This document shows positions 40,659 to 53,610 of a DNA stretch of 64,000 nt, piece by piece. Position 1 is the first letter of the stretch, and each line of letters starts with the position of its first letter. This DNA is from Obrimoposthia wandeli (Eukaryota). Location: positions 124,001 to 188,000 of the forward strand of contig CDROCS010004515.1 of the NCBI GenBank assembly GCA_977020255.1, in the 5' to 3' direction. Made by a program: the position numbers and the translations under genes. Under the pieces are notes generated by a model. That model made no database searches. It was not told the origin of the DNA and was given only the letters and a program-made list of their open reading frames with translations.

Positions 40659-40920
40659 AATTCAGAAAATTTTCGAAAACAATTCGAAGAAGTTGAAATA
40701 AAATATTCTTGTTTAATCAATTATAATAAAAAGTTAGAACATATTGTAGCTCAATTAGAAGGTGAAAATGACACAATTGGTGAATATATATCATTATATC
40801 AAAGCCAAAGAGCCATACTTAAACAAAGAAATATGATAAAAGATGAAATTATATCCAAAGTAGATCATAGAAAAAAAATGATACAAAAAAAACTAGAAAA
40901 AATGAAAGAACTAATAAATG
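40659..40920 (+). CDS. GOLGA2: GM130 exon 12
   Basis: [26 protein letters not shown] is the hallmark golgin A2 motif (ETDTIGEYIALYQSQR). Confidence 0.95.
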
Positions 40921-40956
40921 GTAATTAACGTTTAATTGATTATATTAATGTTTTAG

Positions 40957-41198
40957 AATATAAAATGTTTAACAATACAATAACAAATGATGAAATGGCC
41001 GGAAATCTCCAAAATATTTTCGATCAAATGCTGATATATTTACGAGATGTGAAAAATCTCAATGATTTCGATAACGATGAAGTTAATGCATCGTGCAATT
41101 ATGAAATGCACAAGCAAAGTTTTAATCAATCCGTTGATTTGATAAATTACAAGATTATACATTGTAAGTGCTGTACTGGAAATATTATTGACTTATAG
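40957..41198 (+). CDS. GOLGA2: GM130 terminal exon 13
   Basis: Follows a 36-nt phase-1 intron; ends HCKCCTGNIIDL-TAG, like invertebrate GM130 C-termini. Confidence 0.85.
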
Positions 41199-43019
41199 GT
41201 TGACATTGTCTTATTTATTCCAGCTATGTTTTTGTGCGTCTTATCTTTCTAATTTCTATTGGGTTTCTTTCTAATTTTCTTTGTAATTAATATATAAATG
41301 TACGTGTTTCTTTAAATGTATTACAAAAATTTATTAAATAATGCATTAAAATAATGAAAATTTGATAAAAATATTTTGCTATTTATACGCAACATGAAAA
41401 ATACTTTTGTATAATGAACAAATTAGTTAAATTTTTACAATGTAAAAGCACATTTTCAAAAAATATACATTGACATATTTTTATCAGTTTTGATTACATA
41501 AACTCCCATAACCTCATGGGCACTGATAAATGTACACTGTTCCTTCTACCAATCACCTGATCACACATCATATTATATTGATTTTAACAATTTGATCATC
41601 ACCACTTATAAGATATCACATCGGGAGATACATATATTTATAAACTTTATCTTTCACAAGAACTTTAAAATTTTAAACTAACAATTTCAAAAGTAATTAT
41701 ATTTTTAAATAAATATACAGAATACAAAAAATCGTTTTCGGAATTCCAGATAAAGATAGTGTACGTATTATTAAATTTTAGCAAAATACAATTTTTCATG
41801 TGAAAATGCCGCTTGTACTCAGGACTTACAGGAAATTTTGAGGTGGCTGTTGGTTCTGTAAAGTGCTATCAATATGTTCTCTTGCATTTGCAAGCATAAG
41901 AAAATAGTGTTGTGAATATGTCAACATCTTCATATGATGCTTGAAGTCCCGGAACTTTTCATAACATTATTCTGCAAGCCTTTTCGCAAAGCTAATAACT
42001 TATTGTTCATTGTTATTTTCAGCTCTTCAATGAACTAAATTTTCATTTTAAATTTCTATAAATGGATTTTGAATCATTTGATATCATATAATTAAGTTAT
42101 TATTTTGTTTCTGTCCCGTAATTTCAATTACACATATGATGTGTACGTTGTGCAGTTACATTCATGGCAAAAACCTATTCATAAATCTAATTTTAGTTTC
42201 TCTGTTTTATGTAAAATTGTGAAATCTTTTCAACACTTTGTGGCATGCTAACCAATGTACTTCAGTGTCAAAGGTAACGCAATAAAATTTTCTATCCACA
42301 TCTAACAAATTATTATATCGGCGACAGTTCTGTGACCTTGTATACATTTAGTTTACAGTTTTACTGACAAGGTTGAGGACAAGAAAAGTTGATAAACGAT
42401 ACTGTGAAAATATTGAATATATTTTTTATACTTAATTAATCAAGTTCGCTTCAATATTGTGTTTACTTATCATTCTTGCGCATCATCACTAAATTAAAAA
42501 ATAAGTTTATTCAGTTTGAGATATTATAATTTCAGCACTTGTGTTGGGGTTTCTATACGAAACTTGGTACAGATCCTCTTAATGCGGAGGGCCCCAACGT
42601 GAGTTCGATTAGAAGCAGGTCTTAAAGTTGGTCGTGGCCTACTTAGTGTTATGGTTGCCTAATCTCTTGTACTATCTGAAGGTATTTGATCTGATGTCTC
42701 TTATTCTGAAGGGTGTAAAAACAACTTGTTCTAATGTAGGAAATTGTTTATTTGTAATTCACGTAACTAACACAACAATACGTTTATGTACGTATTTCTA
42801 AAAAGTATGATAAAATTCCTAGGACTTCTGTAAGTCTCTACAAGAAGTGGGGATGAACCACGTATCGATTTTACGTTCAGGTGATTAAGCTTTTAGGTTT
42901 ATTCTTCTTACTTAGGTTGGTTAATCTATAACGCAACTCTCGTAAATTTCTTCGCTCCTACTTCTTATCTCTAGATAAAGTTTCTTGATTCCTTAACTCT
43001 ATCTGTTGTGTGTTTGACC

Positions 43020-43420
43020 CCGAATTGTCCACTGTGAACAATGGGTCTCCTAAAAACCTAATTGTCAAAGATGACAATGAAAACTTACTCCTAATTGTCA
43101 ACTACGGACAATGAACGAACCGAATTGTCAGCTAGGGACAATGAGTCTTACCGAATTGTCAACTAGGGACAATGAGTATTTGTCCGAATTGTCAACTAGG
43201 GACAATGAATGAACCGAATTGTCTGGTAGAATTCCTAATTGTCGCTGGGGACAATGAATAAGATAGATGATCTTAATTGCCAACTAGGGACAATGATTGA
43301 GTTAAAGAGTCAGCTATCCTAATTGCCAGCTAGGGACAATGAATTTGTTTACTAGGTCAAAATTTAGAATTACCAACAAGGGGTAATGAAGGTATCCTAA
43401 TTGCCAACTAGGGGCAATGA
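43020..43420. repeat. Array of 12 palindromic repeats (CC[G/T]AATTGTC-N6/7-GACAATGA) with variable 5-21 nt linkers
   Basis: Units at about 43020, 43057, 43090, 43120, 43151, 43184, 43214 (truncated), 43234, 43272, 43318, 43364 and 43396. Confidence 0.9.
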
Positions 43421-43551
43421 ATGCTCTAGTCGGTTGGCTTACCAATTACTGCGACTAGTGTGCTGTCCGATGTAGGTGGTTTTGACGAACTTGTGGGATC
43501 GTCTTCTTTCCAGAAATAAATTGTAAGTTCTTTTCAAATCGTCTTAAATTG

Positions 43552-44075
43552 ATATTCTTTTCAAATCGGATATTCTTTTCAAATCGGATACTCTTTTCAA
43601 ATCGGCTATTCTTTTCAAATCGGATACTCTTTTCAAATCGGATACTCTTTTCAAATCGGATACTCTTTTCAAATCGGATACTCTTTTCAAATCGGATACT
43701 CTTTTCAAATCGGCTATTCTTTTCAAATCGGATACTTTTTCAAATCGGATACTCTTTTCAAATCGGATACTCTTTTCAAATCGGATACTCTTTTCAAATC
43801 GGATACTTTTTCAAATCGGATACTCTTTTCAAATCGGATACTCTTTTCAAATCGGATACTTTTTCAAATCGGATACTCTTTTCAAATCGGATACTCTTTT
43901 CAAATCGGATACTCTTTTCAAATCGGATACTCTTTTCAAATCGGATACTCTTTTCAAATCGGATACTTTTTCAAATCGGATACTATACTCTTTTCAAATC
44001 GGATACTCTTTTCAAATCGGATACTCTTTTCAATCGGATACTCTTTTCAAATCGGATACTCTTTTCAATCGGATA
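43552..44075. repeat. 18-bp tandem array TTTTCAAATCGGATACTC, ~29 copies
   Basis: Direct read; occasional 1-2 nt deletions and a GGCTATTC variant. Confidence 0.97.
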
Positions 44076-44203
44076 TTCAGAAATCAATTGTTCTAAATAA
44101 TTTTAACTCTATTAATTCTTGAACACTACTTACCGATTTGTGGTCCAGTCGACTCTGGAGTTGATTCCGTATTTGTGATTTCTCGCAATGGGGATCTGCC
44201 TTA

Positions 44204-44291
44204 TATAGAGGCAAAGGAGAGCAACTCTGTCAATCACGACAGCTGATATATGAGGCAAAGGAGAGCAACTCTGTCAATCACGACAGCTGAT
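44204..44291. repeat. 44-bp tandem duplication, enhancer-like
   Basis: GAGGCAAAGGAGAGCAACTCTGTCAATCACGACAGCTGAT at 44208 and 44252. Confidence 0.9.
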
Positions 44292-45065
44292 TTATAATGT
44301 TGGGAATTTCTTCTGCTAAGTCTGTCAATCAATTGGCAGCTGAAAAGCAGTTAAGTCTACTCGTTATATAAAAGACTTACTTTGACTTGTCAATCAACTT
44401 CTCTGAATTTAGGGTTTGATCGACTTTCTTAATTAGTCGTTTTTCTTCTTTTTTCTTTTAATTAACTTTAAATCTTGTCCTTTTTGGGTTAATTAATTTA
44501 ACTTTTATACATTTCACATTATACACGACCTTCGTGGTCCTCCTAATTTTTACCCTAAATTCCACTAATTTCACTTCTAAAACTAAAATTAATATTTAAT
44601 TTAATTTTCAACCTTGCTTTCAAGGATTTTTATTTTAGTATTTAATCGACTAAAATATTTAAATTTCTTAATTCTCAAACCTAACACTTGCATTACCTTA
44701 AACTTATCTTGACTCTGTTATATCATGCAAGTTCAAGTAACTTCATAAATTCAAAAACTTACATTGCAAGCTCTGATAAACATATCAAGTTAAATTATAC
44801 CTCTGACGCTTACCAGACGGAAGAGATTTAAGCTGCCATAACAATCATTATAGCTGTACGACATTGAAATCAACTTCAATTTGGACAGAAAATCAAACGT
44901 AATTTTGTCATTTATAATATTTTTCTCTTACCTGCTATTTATTCTTTGTATGTTTTTTTTAACCTATTATATATTGAAACCTGTGATCATAGTGCACCTA
45001 TATGCCTATGCATATAGAGTAACAGTTTTAGAAAATATGTATTGTACTTAAATCTAACAGTAATT

Positions 45066-48000
45066 TGATCCAAATGCAGCGGACATCAAATAAAAATTCA
45101 TAAACTCCAATTTTATTGATTTCTTTATTTTTAATTCAAAACTTTAAATCACTTCATCAATAACCTCATTTCTACAGCAGCCAATAAAAACAATCCCTCA
45201 ACAACAACATTATTCTTAATCTCACTTTCACACATCACCGCAATCCACACAACTCCAAAATTTATTAATACAATTGTTACAATCGACATATGCTAACCGG
45301 GCCACTTGACGTCATCGCTTATGACGTCACAACATTCCCTCCCCTTGACCAAACCCGATCCCTAGGTTTGTCAACACCTCTGTTCACTCGCTTCCACCTC
45401 CAACGGACACATCTTTACTACCGGTCTCACACACTCTTTCACTCCTACATTTACTACACAGCTACTGACTTCTGCTTCCTTATTCGCTCTTAATTCCTTT
45501 ATTCTCCCGACAGGCCATACTCCCTGCTCATTCTTCTGGTTTAGTACCCACACAAAATGTCCCTTCCTCAACGGTATTTCTTTTCGTTTCCATTTACTTC
45601 TCCTAATCCAGGTGGGTATCATCTCACTCATCCATCTTTTCCACACATGACTAACGATCTCTTGTATTCTAAACCACCGATGCCTGATCTTCCGTCCCCG
45701 TTAATGCTGTTTCATTCCCCAAACTTTCTTCTTTCCACTCACCATGAAATCTTTTGGTCTTAATGGTAATTCTTCCTTGCTATCTGCTGACTGAAAAGTG
45801 ATTGGTCGAGAGTTCAACAGTTCCTCAACTTCAACGAATACCGCCATCAGCTCTTCATCACTTAGATCAGCATTTATTAACACCATCACAATCGCTTTCT
45901 TAGCACTCTTGATCAAACTTTCAAAAACTTCCCCAAAGTGTGGCGCGGCTGGTGGGTCAAATATCCAACGAATCTCTTCTTGTTCCTACTGCTTTCTTAT
46001 CCTGTATTCGTCAATTACAATTTCACTTGTTACGTTAACTGTCCCTTGAAAGTCTGTGCCGTTATCGGAAATAATCAATTGCGGTCTGCCTCGTCTTCCC
46101 ATAAATCTCTTTAACGCCCTTATAAATACGTCCGACTCTAAATTCCAAGCCACCTCTAGATGCATCGCCCGTGTTTGTTAGCATGTAAACAAACATAAAT
46201 ATCGTTTATTTCGAACACGTTCTCTCTCCTGTTTTGTAAAATAAGGTCCTGCAAAATCCACGCCCACTTTATCAAATGCTCGAAGTGGCGGTAAAAATCT
46301 AAATCTAGGCAATGGTGCCATCTTTACTATCGTCCTTTGCGCACTCCGTCGTTTACATTCCAAACATTTCATCTGATAATCTCGTATTACCACTCTAGCC
46401 TTTTCAATCCACGTCTCCCGATTTATTTCACTCAGTATATGGCTTACTTCGGCTGCATGTTTCTTGGACTGATGTATCTTTCTGATAATCAACCACGTCA
46501 CCCAACTGTCTCTTGCTAAAATTATCTGATACCGTGTCTGTTCCGGAAGTATTTCTGTGTGAATTATACGGTTATTACTTCTCATTAACCCATCCTAATC
46601 TAATATCGGATTTAACCCTTCTATTCTACTTCCTTGACGTATTTGCTTTCCTTTAGTTAAGGCTTTAATTTCATCGGAATAATATTGCTGCTGATCTCGC
46701 TTTATTAACGCTAATCGTGCATCTTCTAACTCATCTACAGATAATATATCTTTCTCACGTTGGTCTATTCTGAATTTACAATTATCTACGAAACGCTGTA
46801 CTCATGCTCGTACTCAAACTAAACGTTTCCAATCTGAGAAGGTCTCTATTTGAAATACATCCGTATGTCCAACATAAGTTTTAGTTGTTGATACTTGACC
46901 AAAAAAACTGGCTGTACGTTTTATCTTCCTAATTGAATGTTTTATTTTTATTCCTTCATTTGGCCACCCCTCTTTGTCTCTCTTCAAAAATTCAGGTCCC
47001 TCCCACCAATACTTTGATTCAATCAGGCCTTTTATATCCATTCCTCTCGATAACAAATCAGCGGGATTCTGTTTGGTAGGCACGTAATGCCATTGACTAG
47101 ATCTTGTACTTCGTTGAATATTAGCTACTCTATTTGCTACAAATGTTTTAAATACAAATTTATCTCACTTATCTCGATATCTAGGACCTTGGACATCTTC
47201 TTTCTCAAATCCAAACCGACACATGCTGCCATCAACTCTAATCTAGGTAAACAAACTGTAGATATTGGAACCACTCTTGCTTTTGCCATTACAAGTGTGC
47301 TACGTACCTTCCCTTCTCCTCGTTCACACGCATACATCACCGCTGCATAGGCCTTCATTGGAGCATCCACAAAAACATGATAATCCATCACAGTCGTTTC
47401 TTTGTCTTTTAAGCATCGCACCATTCGAACTTTATCCAATAAATGACACTCATTACTCCAACTGGTAATTGATGCTATCAACTTATCTTCTAATTCTTCA
47501 TCCCTGCCCACTGCATTCAACCATATATCTAGCATGATCATTTCCCCTCGAATTGTGAATGCACTGATCATCCATAACGGATCATAAATTCTTGCTATCA
47601 GGCTAAGAAAGTTTTTTTGTTGTAACTCGATCCAACTTTATTTCTTTAACATCAAATTTAAAAACATCCTCCTGTGCATCCCATTTTACTCCTAAGGTTT
47701 TTGTTTCCACCTTTTTAGTTTTTTCTATCTTAGATTCAGTCGCCCTTTCATCACTTGGTACTGTTTCCATAAAATCTTGACTATTACTCAGCCATTTTCT
47801 AGCTCTCATTTCATCTGCTGCCTATAATTTTTGTAGTTCCCACCTTAGTTTTATCTCCTGATAAACTGTAGTTACATAATCAATGCTATCATCCGTATAT
47901 GTTGAACATAGAATAGTTTCCGCGGCTTTCGGATACTTCTCTTGATGTTTTCTTGAGTAATTAATTGTATGGCGATGCATTTAATCCAAACACCAGTATA

Positions 48001-50449
48001 TTAAACTCAAATTCACGTAACTCACCGTCTTTCCACCACAAAAACCGCAGATCTCTTTTATCCTTCTCGTATACTTTTATTTGGAAATACATTTTTTTCA
48101 AAATCGTGTCAAGATAGTCACTAGATCTCCCTGTAGCTTTGGTCCTCCTTCAATCGCATCATTCAGACTCAATTCTCGCACTTTGGAAGCGGCATCAAAA
48201 ACAATTCGGACCTTTGTTGTGGTCTTATCACGACGTATAACTGGAAAATGTGGCAATAACCACTTAGTCTCATTTTCCTTTGATTTCGAAATCATCATCA
48301 CATATCTCTTGTCTATATGATCATCTATAACTCGGCTATATTCCATCTTTAATTGAGAGTCACGTGCAAATTTCCGATTCAAACTCTCCAATGACATTTT
48401 ACCATTTCTTTACTTTTGCATAACTCTTCTTTCAGCAGTTTCCACGGTATCCATACCTGATACTTGTCACCGTCATACGCAATCGTGTGTTTCGTTTTTT
48501 GGGTCATTCTTTCATCTTCGATTGACATTATCGTTTCATTCATACATTCCTCAATAACCCAAAATCTTTGCAGCGTCTTGTTTAATTGTTCGTCTAATGC
48601 CAGATACGTTCTTGCGAAATTCGTTGTATTTCCTCCACTACCATACACGTCCAACCCAAGCGGTGTCAACCGAACCACTGGATCTCCATCTCTTCCAGTA
48701 ACTTCTCTAATCACTCAATGCGCTCTCATGCAATCTGCACCTATCAATAAATCAACTTTTCGCCATCTCCGCCCTCTTTGCGGGAATTGTATATTCCGGA
48801 GAAGCAGCAATCTTCCTGCGACTTTATCGTATACTATCAAATCACCAGTTACGTTATTTACGGTTAGAGCATCTAATATTAAACTTACTTTATTGTCCAC
48901 ACTTTTAACCTTTACTTTGATTGATGTAGCTCTTATCTCTTGCACCTTCCCTTCAACAACTCCCACTGGAACCATATATTCTGGTCACTCTAGTCTCAAT
49001 GCCTTCGCTATCAAGTTGTTGACATAACTCGTCGTGCTGGCATCATCTAATAGTGCGTTTACCGACACTGTCTTTCCTCGATTTTCCAGAATGACAAACA
49101 CTGTTCGCAATGTTATCATTTGATCTGGCTTCTTTCTAATCTTACGCGTTACATATGTCTCCTGCATCTTTGCATTATCTTTCGAATCTCTGTGGACTAA
49201 ATAATGGTGTTTTGTTCTGCAAACCGTTACATTGCAAAGCTTCTTCATCTTACATTCGTTTGTGCGATGTCCTCCGTTTAGACAATTGAAAAATAATAAA
49301 TGTTGAAATAAATATATATGTTGAATAAAATAATAACTGACACCTCTCATTCAACGCTAAGCTCATACATTTCTCACATTGACTTAGATAATGTTTCATC
49401 CCACACTGAAGACAATTAATTCTTCGCGCTTGGGTTCCTCGCTATTTGTTAGTAAGATACGTAACTCTTCCTCTTTCTACTCCAGTCCTTCCGACTCCTC
49501 GTGATACAACAGCTGCCTTCTGCAAATAACCGGTCTCCTATCGAACCCATTTTGCTAACGTTTCCATATCTTCTTCCTCCTTACACGTATGAATGTGCCT
49601 TCCCCAACTGATTATAGATACCTCCGGCATTAATTTCATCACTTTATGGAAAAACATTCCATTTTTTATTTCTCCTTCCTTCTTCATCTCTTTCAATTTG
49701 ACTATTGTCGTTTCCACCAACTCTGAATATTTTTCCCAATCTCGCACTTCACCATGCCGTACTAATCTAATTTTTTCAATTTCTTCTAACATTATATTAT
49801 ATTTCTTGTCTTCTGCCCCGAATCACCGTTCCAATTTCAGAAATGCGCTTTCATAAGCTTCTCCGGAGAACCCCAAATTCTCAATAATTTTAAAAGCTTC
49901 ACCTCTTAAACTATCTCGGATATGTAGTAGTTTCTCTTCTTTTTCTCTCCTAGCATTTCCAATATATACGTCAAATACTGCTCTCCATTGTTCGTATTCT
50001 CGTACGTTCTGACTAAATGTAGGTACGGCCAATTTCTTCAACCTCTTTAGACATCTGGTATCGTCTGTCCTTTTTCCTTCTTCTTCACTATCAAATTCTC
50101 TTTCGGAACTTGTTATTGATGGTACCTTTAACAACAGGATACTCATATCTTAGTATTTCCTTTCTATATCCACAAAATCTCTTTTCAATTCCGCCACCTT
50201 TTCTCCTTTTTTGTTCTCCACACACCAATCAACCATTTTCGAAATTTCTTCTATAACCTCCATATACGCGTCTTCATATCGTTCTCTTCTTTCTTTTACC
50301 TCTGTGGCATCTAGGTCTTTCAACACTTTGTTTCTTGATTTAGTCAACTGACCCTTGATTATTCGCTTTCTTGTCATCTTCTCCCTTAACTCCTCACCAT
50401 CTAACCCTCCCCGCATTCGTAACTGGATATGGATCACAGTTCCTTGCAT
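45066..50449 (-). mobile_element. Decayed Bel/Pao LTR retrotransposon (gag-PR-RT-RH-IN), 3' LTR only
   Basis: DUF1759-like gag, CCHC knuckles, LLDDAS protease, LPHFPV..DKTTTKVRIVFDAA, TYTDD RT motif, VFVDA..AYAAV RNase H, GVDFAGP integrase, WPVGRI tail; PPT GGGGAGGGAA followed by TGTTG at 45334. Many stops and frameshifts; the left LTR boundary is tentative. Confidence 0.95.
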
Positions 50450-51899
50450 AATTCTGTTTATTTTACATAATTCCTTCGAGCTTCTAACCTTTACCTCCTT
50501 TACTTTACTTAGCCACTCTATTGACCTGTAGCCAGAACTGATCTTTCTTGATCCTCCATTTCTCTCTTATGTGATTTACCAGTTCGTCATATGTGACGTC
50601 TTCATTTATCTCCAAATTGCTATCCTTTTCTCCCCAACCTAAGACTCTCACATTTATATTTTTATATTTATCCCCGTCTACAGACCTTATTAATAATGGT
50701 TTTTTTACGTGGTTTACCCTTTCCCTGTTTTCCTATAGTGCCTAGATTATCGTTAAAAATGTTTGAATCAATGTTGCATCTACCAATATCAATGCTACGT
50801 TTCTATAACTTCTTTCTGTTGTGACCAAAACTGATTAATCTTTATCTATAATAACTTAGCTGTGATGATTTTTAGGTCTAATTTTGTCATACTAAATCGT
50901 ATTTTATCTTATACTCCTTATTTTTTCAGTCTTTCACTGTAATTAATATACCTAACCTTAATGGTTTATAGTAGTTTATAGTGTCGGTACTAAACCAAAG
51001 AAACCTAAACCCCCCGGGGGGCTAGATTCCTTTGATTTAGTCCCAACATTGTAGTGCCTAGATTGTCGTTAAAAATGTCTGTATATAGTCATTTTCAGAC
51101 AGAATGTCGTTAAAATGTCTAAAAATTGTTTAAATTGGCTTAAAATGACTCAAAATGACTCAAGTTTTTTTCTACAACTCCATGTCAGGTCTGGTGTTGT
51201 ATGTAGGATTTTGAGACTTGACAAATCACACATACTACGCCAACGTTAATAGCCCCTCGCCGGGGGGTACCTTATACTGCAAAACCATTTTTGGCGTTGT
51301 ATGCGTGATTTCAAGACCATTTTCAAATATGGCGCTAAATATCTTGCCGTTTAAAACAAAAGTAGATTAAGTAGATTTTAAGTAGCCAAAGTCTCCCTTG
51401 CGGAGCCCCCTTAAGAGGAGAGCCCTGCAAAACCGGGCAGCACCTTTGGCAAAGATTATATTTTATATTACTTTTGTTTATAATAAACCTTTAAAGAATA
51501 ATAAAATCAATTAATTATTTATTCATATGATAAATAACATTAAAATAAAATAAATAAATTATTTATTCATGTGATACTTTGATGTTAATGATATCGAAAA
51601 TTTTCTTCTTTAAGGTTGGTGCGAAGAGCACATAACATATCCAAAGTACCTAGAGTCATAATGATGAAATGATTTTAAAACTAAAGTGTTTCGATTATAT
51701 AAAAACCTAACTTCAATATAATTGGTCGACTAATCAAAATAATCCTATATAATAAATAAATTGATTAAACACAAAAGTTGTATTAATATATACTAGTGAA
51801 TGAGTGTTTGTACAAATGATGACATTAAATAATAATAACAACAACAATAACAAAACTATATATCTTATTTAAAAATTATTAAGTTAAATTAAAATAAGC

Positions 51900-53610
51900 A
51901 AGGCTTTTATTCTTAATAACCCATCTTCTTTTATGGTCAAAACATTTTAAAGCAACTTTAGAGGTAAATGTTGTATGAAGCTGATGGTTAACCGATGCTA
52001 TACGTGACTAGTTAACACTTATAATTTCTTAATTTTCATAACAATTGAGGTAGTCTTGGTGTCTTAAGTTAGTTTGTTTTAAAGAAATACCCTTAGCCTT
52101 TAATTTATTTTGAAGTGATTAACATTTTGATTTTAAGAAAACCCATTCATTATAATCAGTACCCTCACTTTTATCTTTAAATTTTCTATTTACAGCTTTA
52201 AAGTTTTCCCAATACAAGGGATGTGTTTTAAGATAATTACTCGTATCTAAATACCCATCCTTAATCATTTCTTTGAGTAATTAATCCTTATTAATATTCA
52301 CACATTCAAGGAAAAAAGAATCTGTGTCCATATCTACAATTCTAATACTACAATTAAAAGTTTGTCTATACCGTTCAAACTCAACATATTATAATTGATA
52401 CATTCGTAATTTAGATAGATCAAGTACAGCTTGACCGATATATGAAGGCCGATCTAAATATATTTCCTTTTTCTGCTTAAAAACTAAATTTAAATCATCA
52501 TTTATTTGAGTATGACGTTTAAACCCAGGACTCTAAACTAATATTTCAAACCGTTTATCATTATTACATAATTTTATTTTAAGATTCTCAACCGTTTTAC
52601 CGTAAACGGAATTATTTTTTAATTTGTAAAACTCATATTCAAACTTATTAACACTAGTTGATCGCTTTTTTGAATTAAATTCTATATATTGTTTTAAAAC
52701 AGATTTTTGTCTAAACTGAATAGCCCTATGAATTTTTAAGATTTCAGCACCAAGAAAAACATAGAATTGTAGTAAACGGAAATGTATTACATAATGTTCT
52801 TTATCATTATGTGTTAAAATTAATTTAGGAGTTTTTGAGTTTGGTGGACACATCTTATGTGGTCCAATAGGTAAGTCATCAACATTTTCTCATGTATACG
52901 ATCCGGAATATGTAAATCTACTTCAACAAGAAAACCCCATACGGTTTTACTTAAATCCTTTTTACTTCCAACTAAATTCAAAATATAATCAAAATTATCA
53001 TGCACCAATTTAAATTCCATATGTGGTAAAGGTTGACTTAAAGCCCTTCTGTATACGTTATTCACACCTATATAGAGAAGTGATGTATTATCATTGGACT
53101 TACAATAATGTTTATTAACAAAATTCATACCTCCTCTAATACCTGCTTCAAATAGATTAAACATTTCTGGATCATGTAGCAATTCTACTTTATGTTTTAA
53201 TGATTTTACTGCCCTACACCAGCTAAGACTGGGAATACTAAAGAAATATGGAGCCTCAAGATTATCATCAGATCTAACTTTCAGTCTTAAAGCCTCAAAT
53301 ACATCATAAAGTAAGACGCATATATTCCATCATATAGTCTTTAATATTAGTGAAAGCTAGTTTTGTCAACATTGTATGAGCTAAATTATATTTATCATCT
53401 GTAACACTATCAGGAAATTCACATTTTGGAAGTATGTATATGTTTAACAGTCACATCAGGTTCTAAAATACTTTCAAAATCAGCGTAAACTACAAAAGGA
53501 CGTTGAACTAACTTTGACCAATCTGTGAATTCACAATATTTATTATCCGACATAGTGAATAAGATTGTAGTATCAGTATTAAAAATTCTAAAAATCTGTA
53601 TGATCATACT
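51900..53610 (-). pseudogene. Polinton/adintovirus protein-primed DNA polymerase B, decayed
   Basis: PFVVYADFES, GIRGG, SQPLP, EVDL, KIHRAIQF, YKLKNNSVYGKTVEN and DTDS motifs in order, with stops and frameshifts. Confidence 0.9.

Larger units (their letters stand above)
42542..44686. mobile_element. 2145-bp solo-LTR-like or non-autonomous element
   Basis: Termini TGTTGG...CTAACA flanked by a 4-bp direct repeat CTTG (42538-42541 and 44687-44690); TATA-like boxes near 44203 and 44365; no coding domains. Confidence 0.6.

Noticed and set aside
41480-42480. Decayed DNA transposase (Zator or Tc1-like)
   Set aside because: Looks coding on the minus strand, but no diagnostic motif could be reconstructed.
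43020-43420. True CRISPR array
   Set aside because: Eukaryotic context, no cas genes, and linkers far shorter and more variable than spacers.
42542-44320. Paired LTRs starting at 42542 and 44299
   Set aside because: Only TGTTGGG is shared; there is no extended identity.
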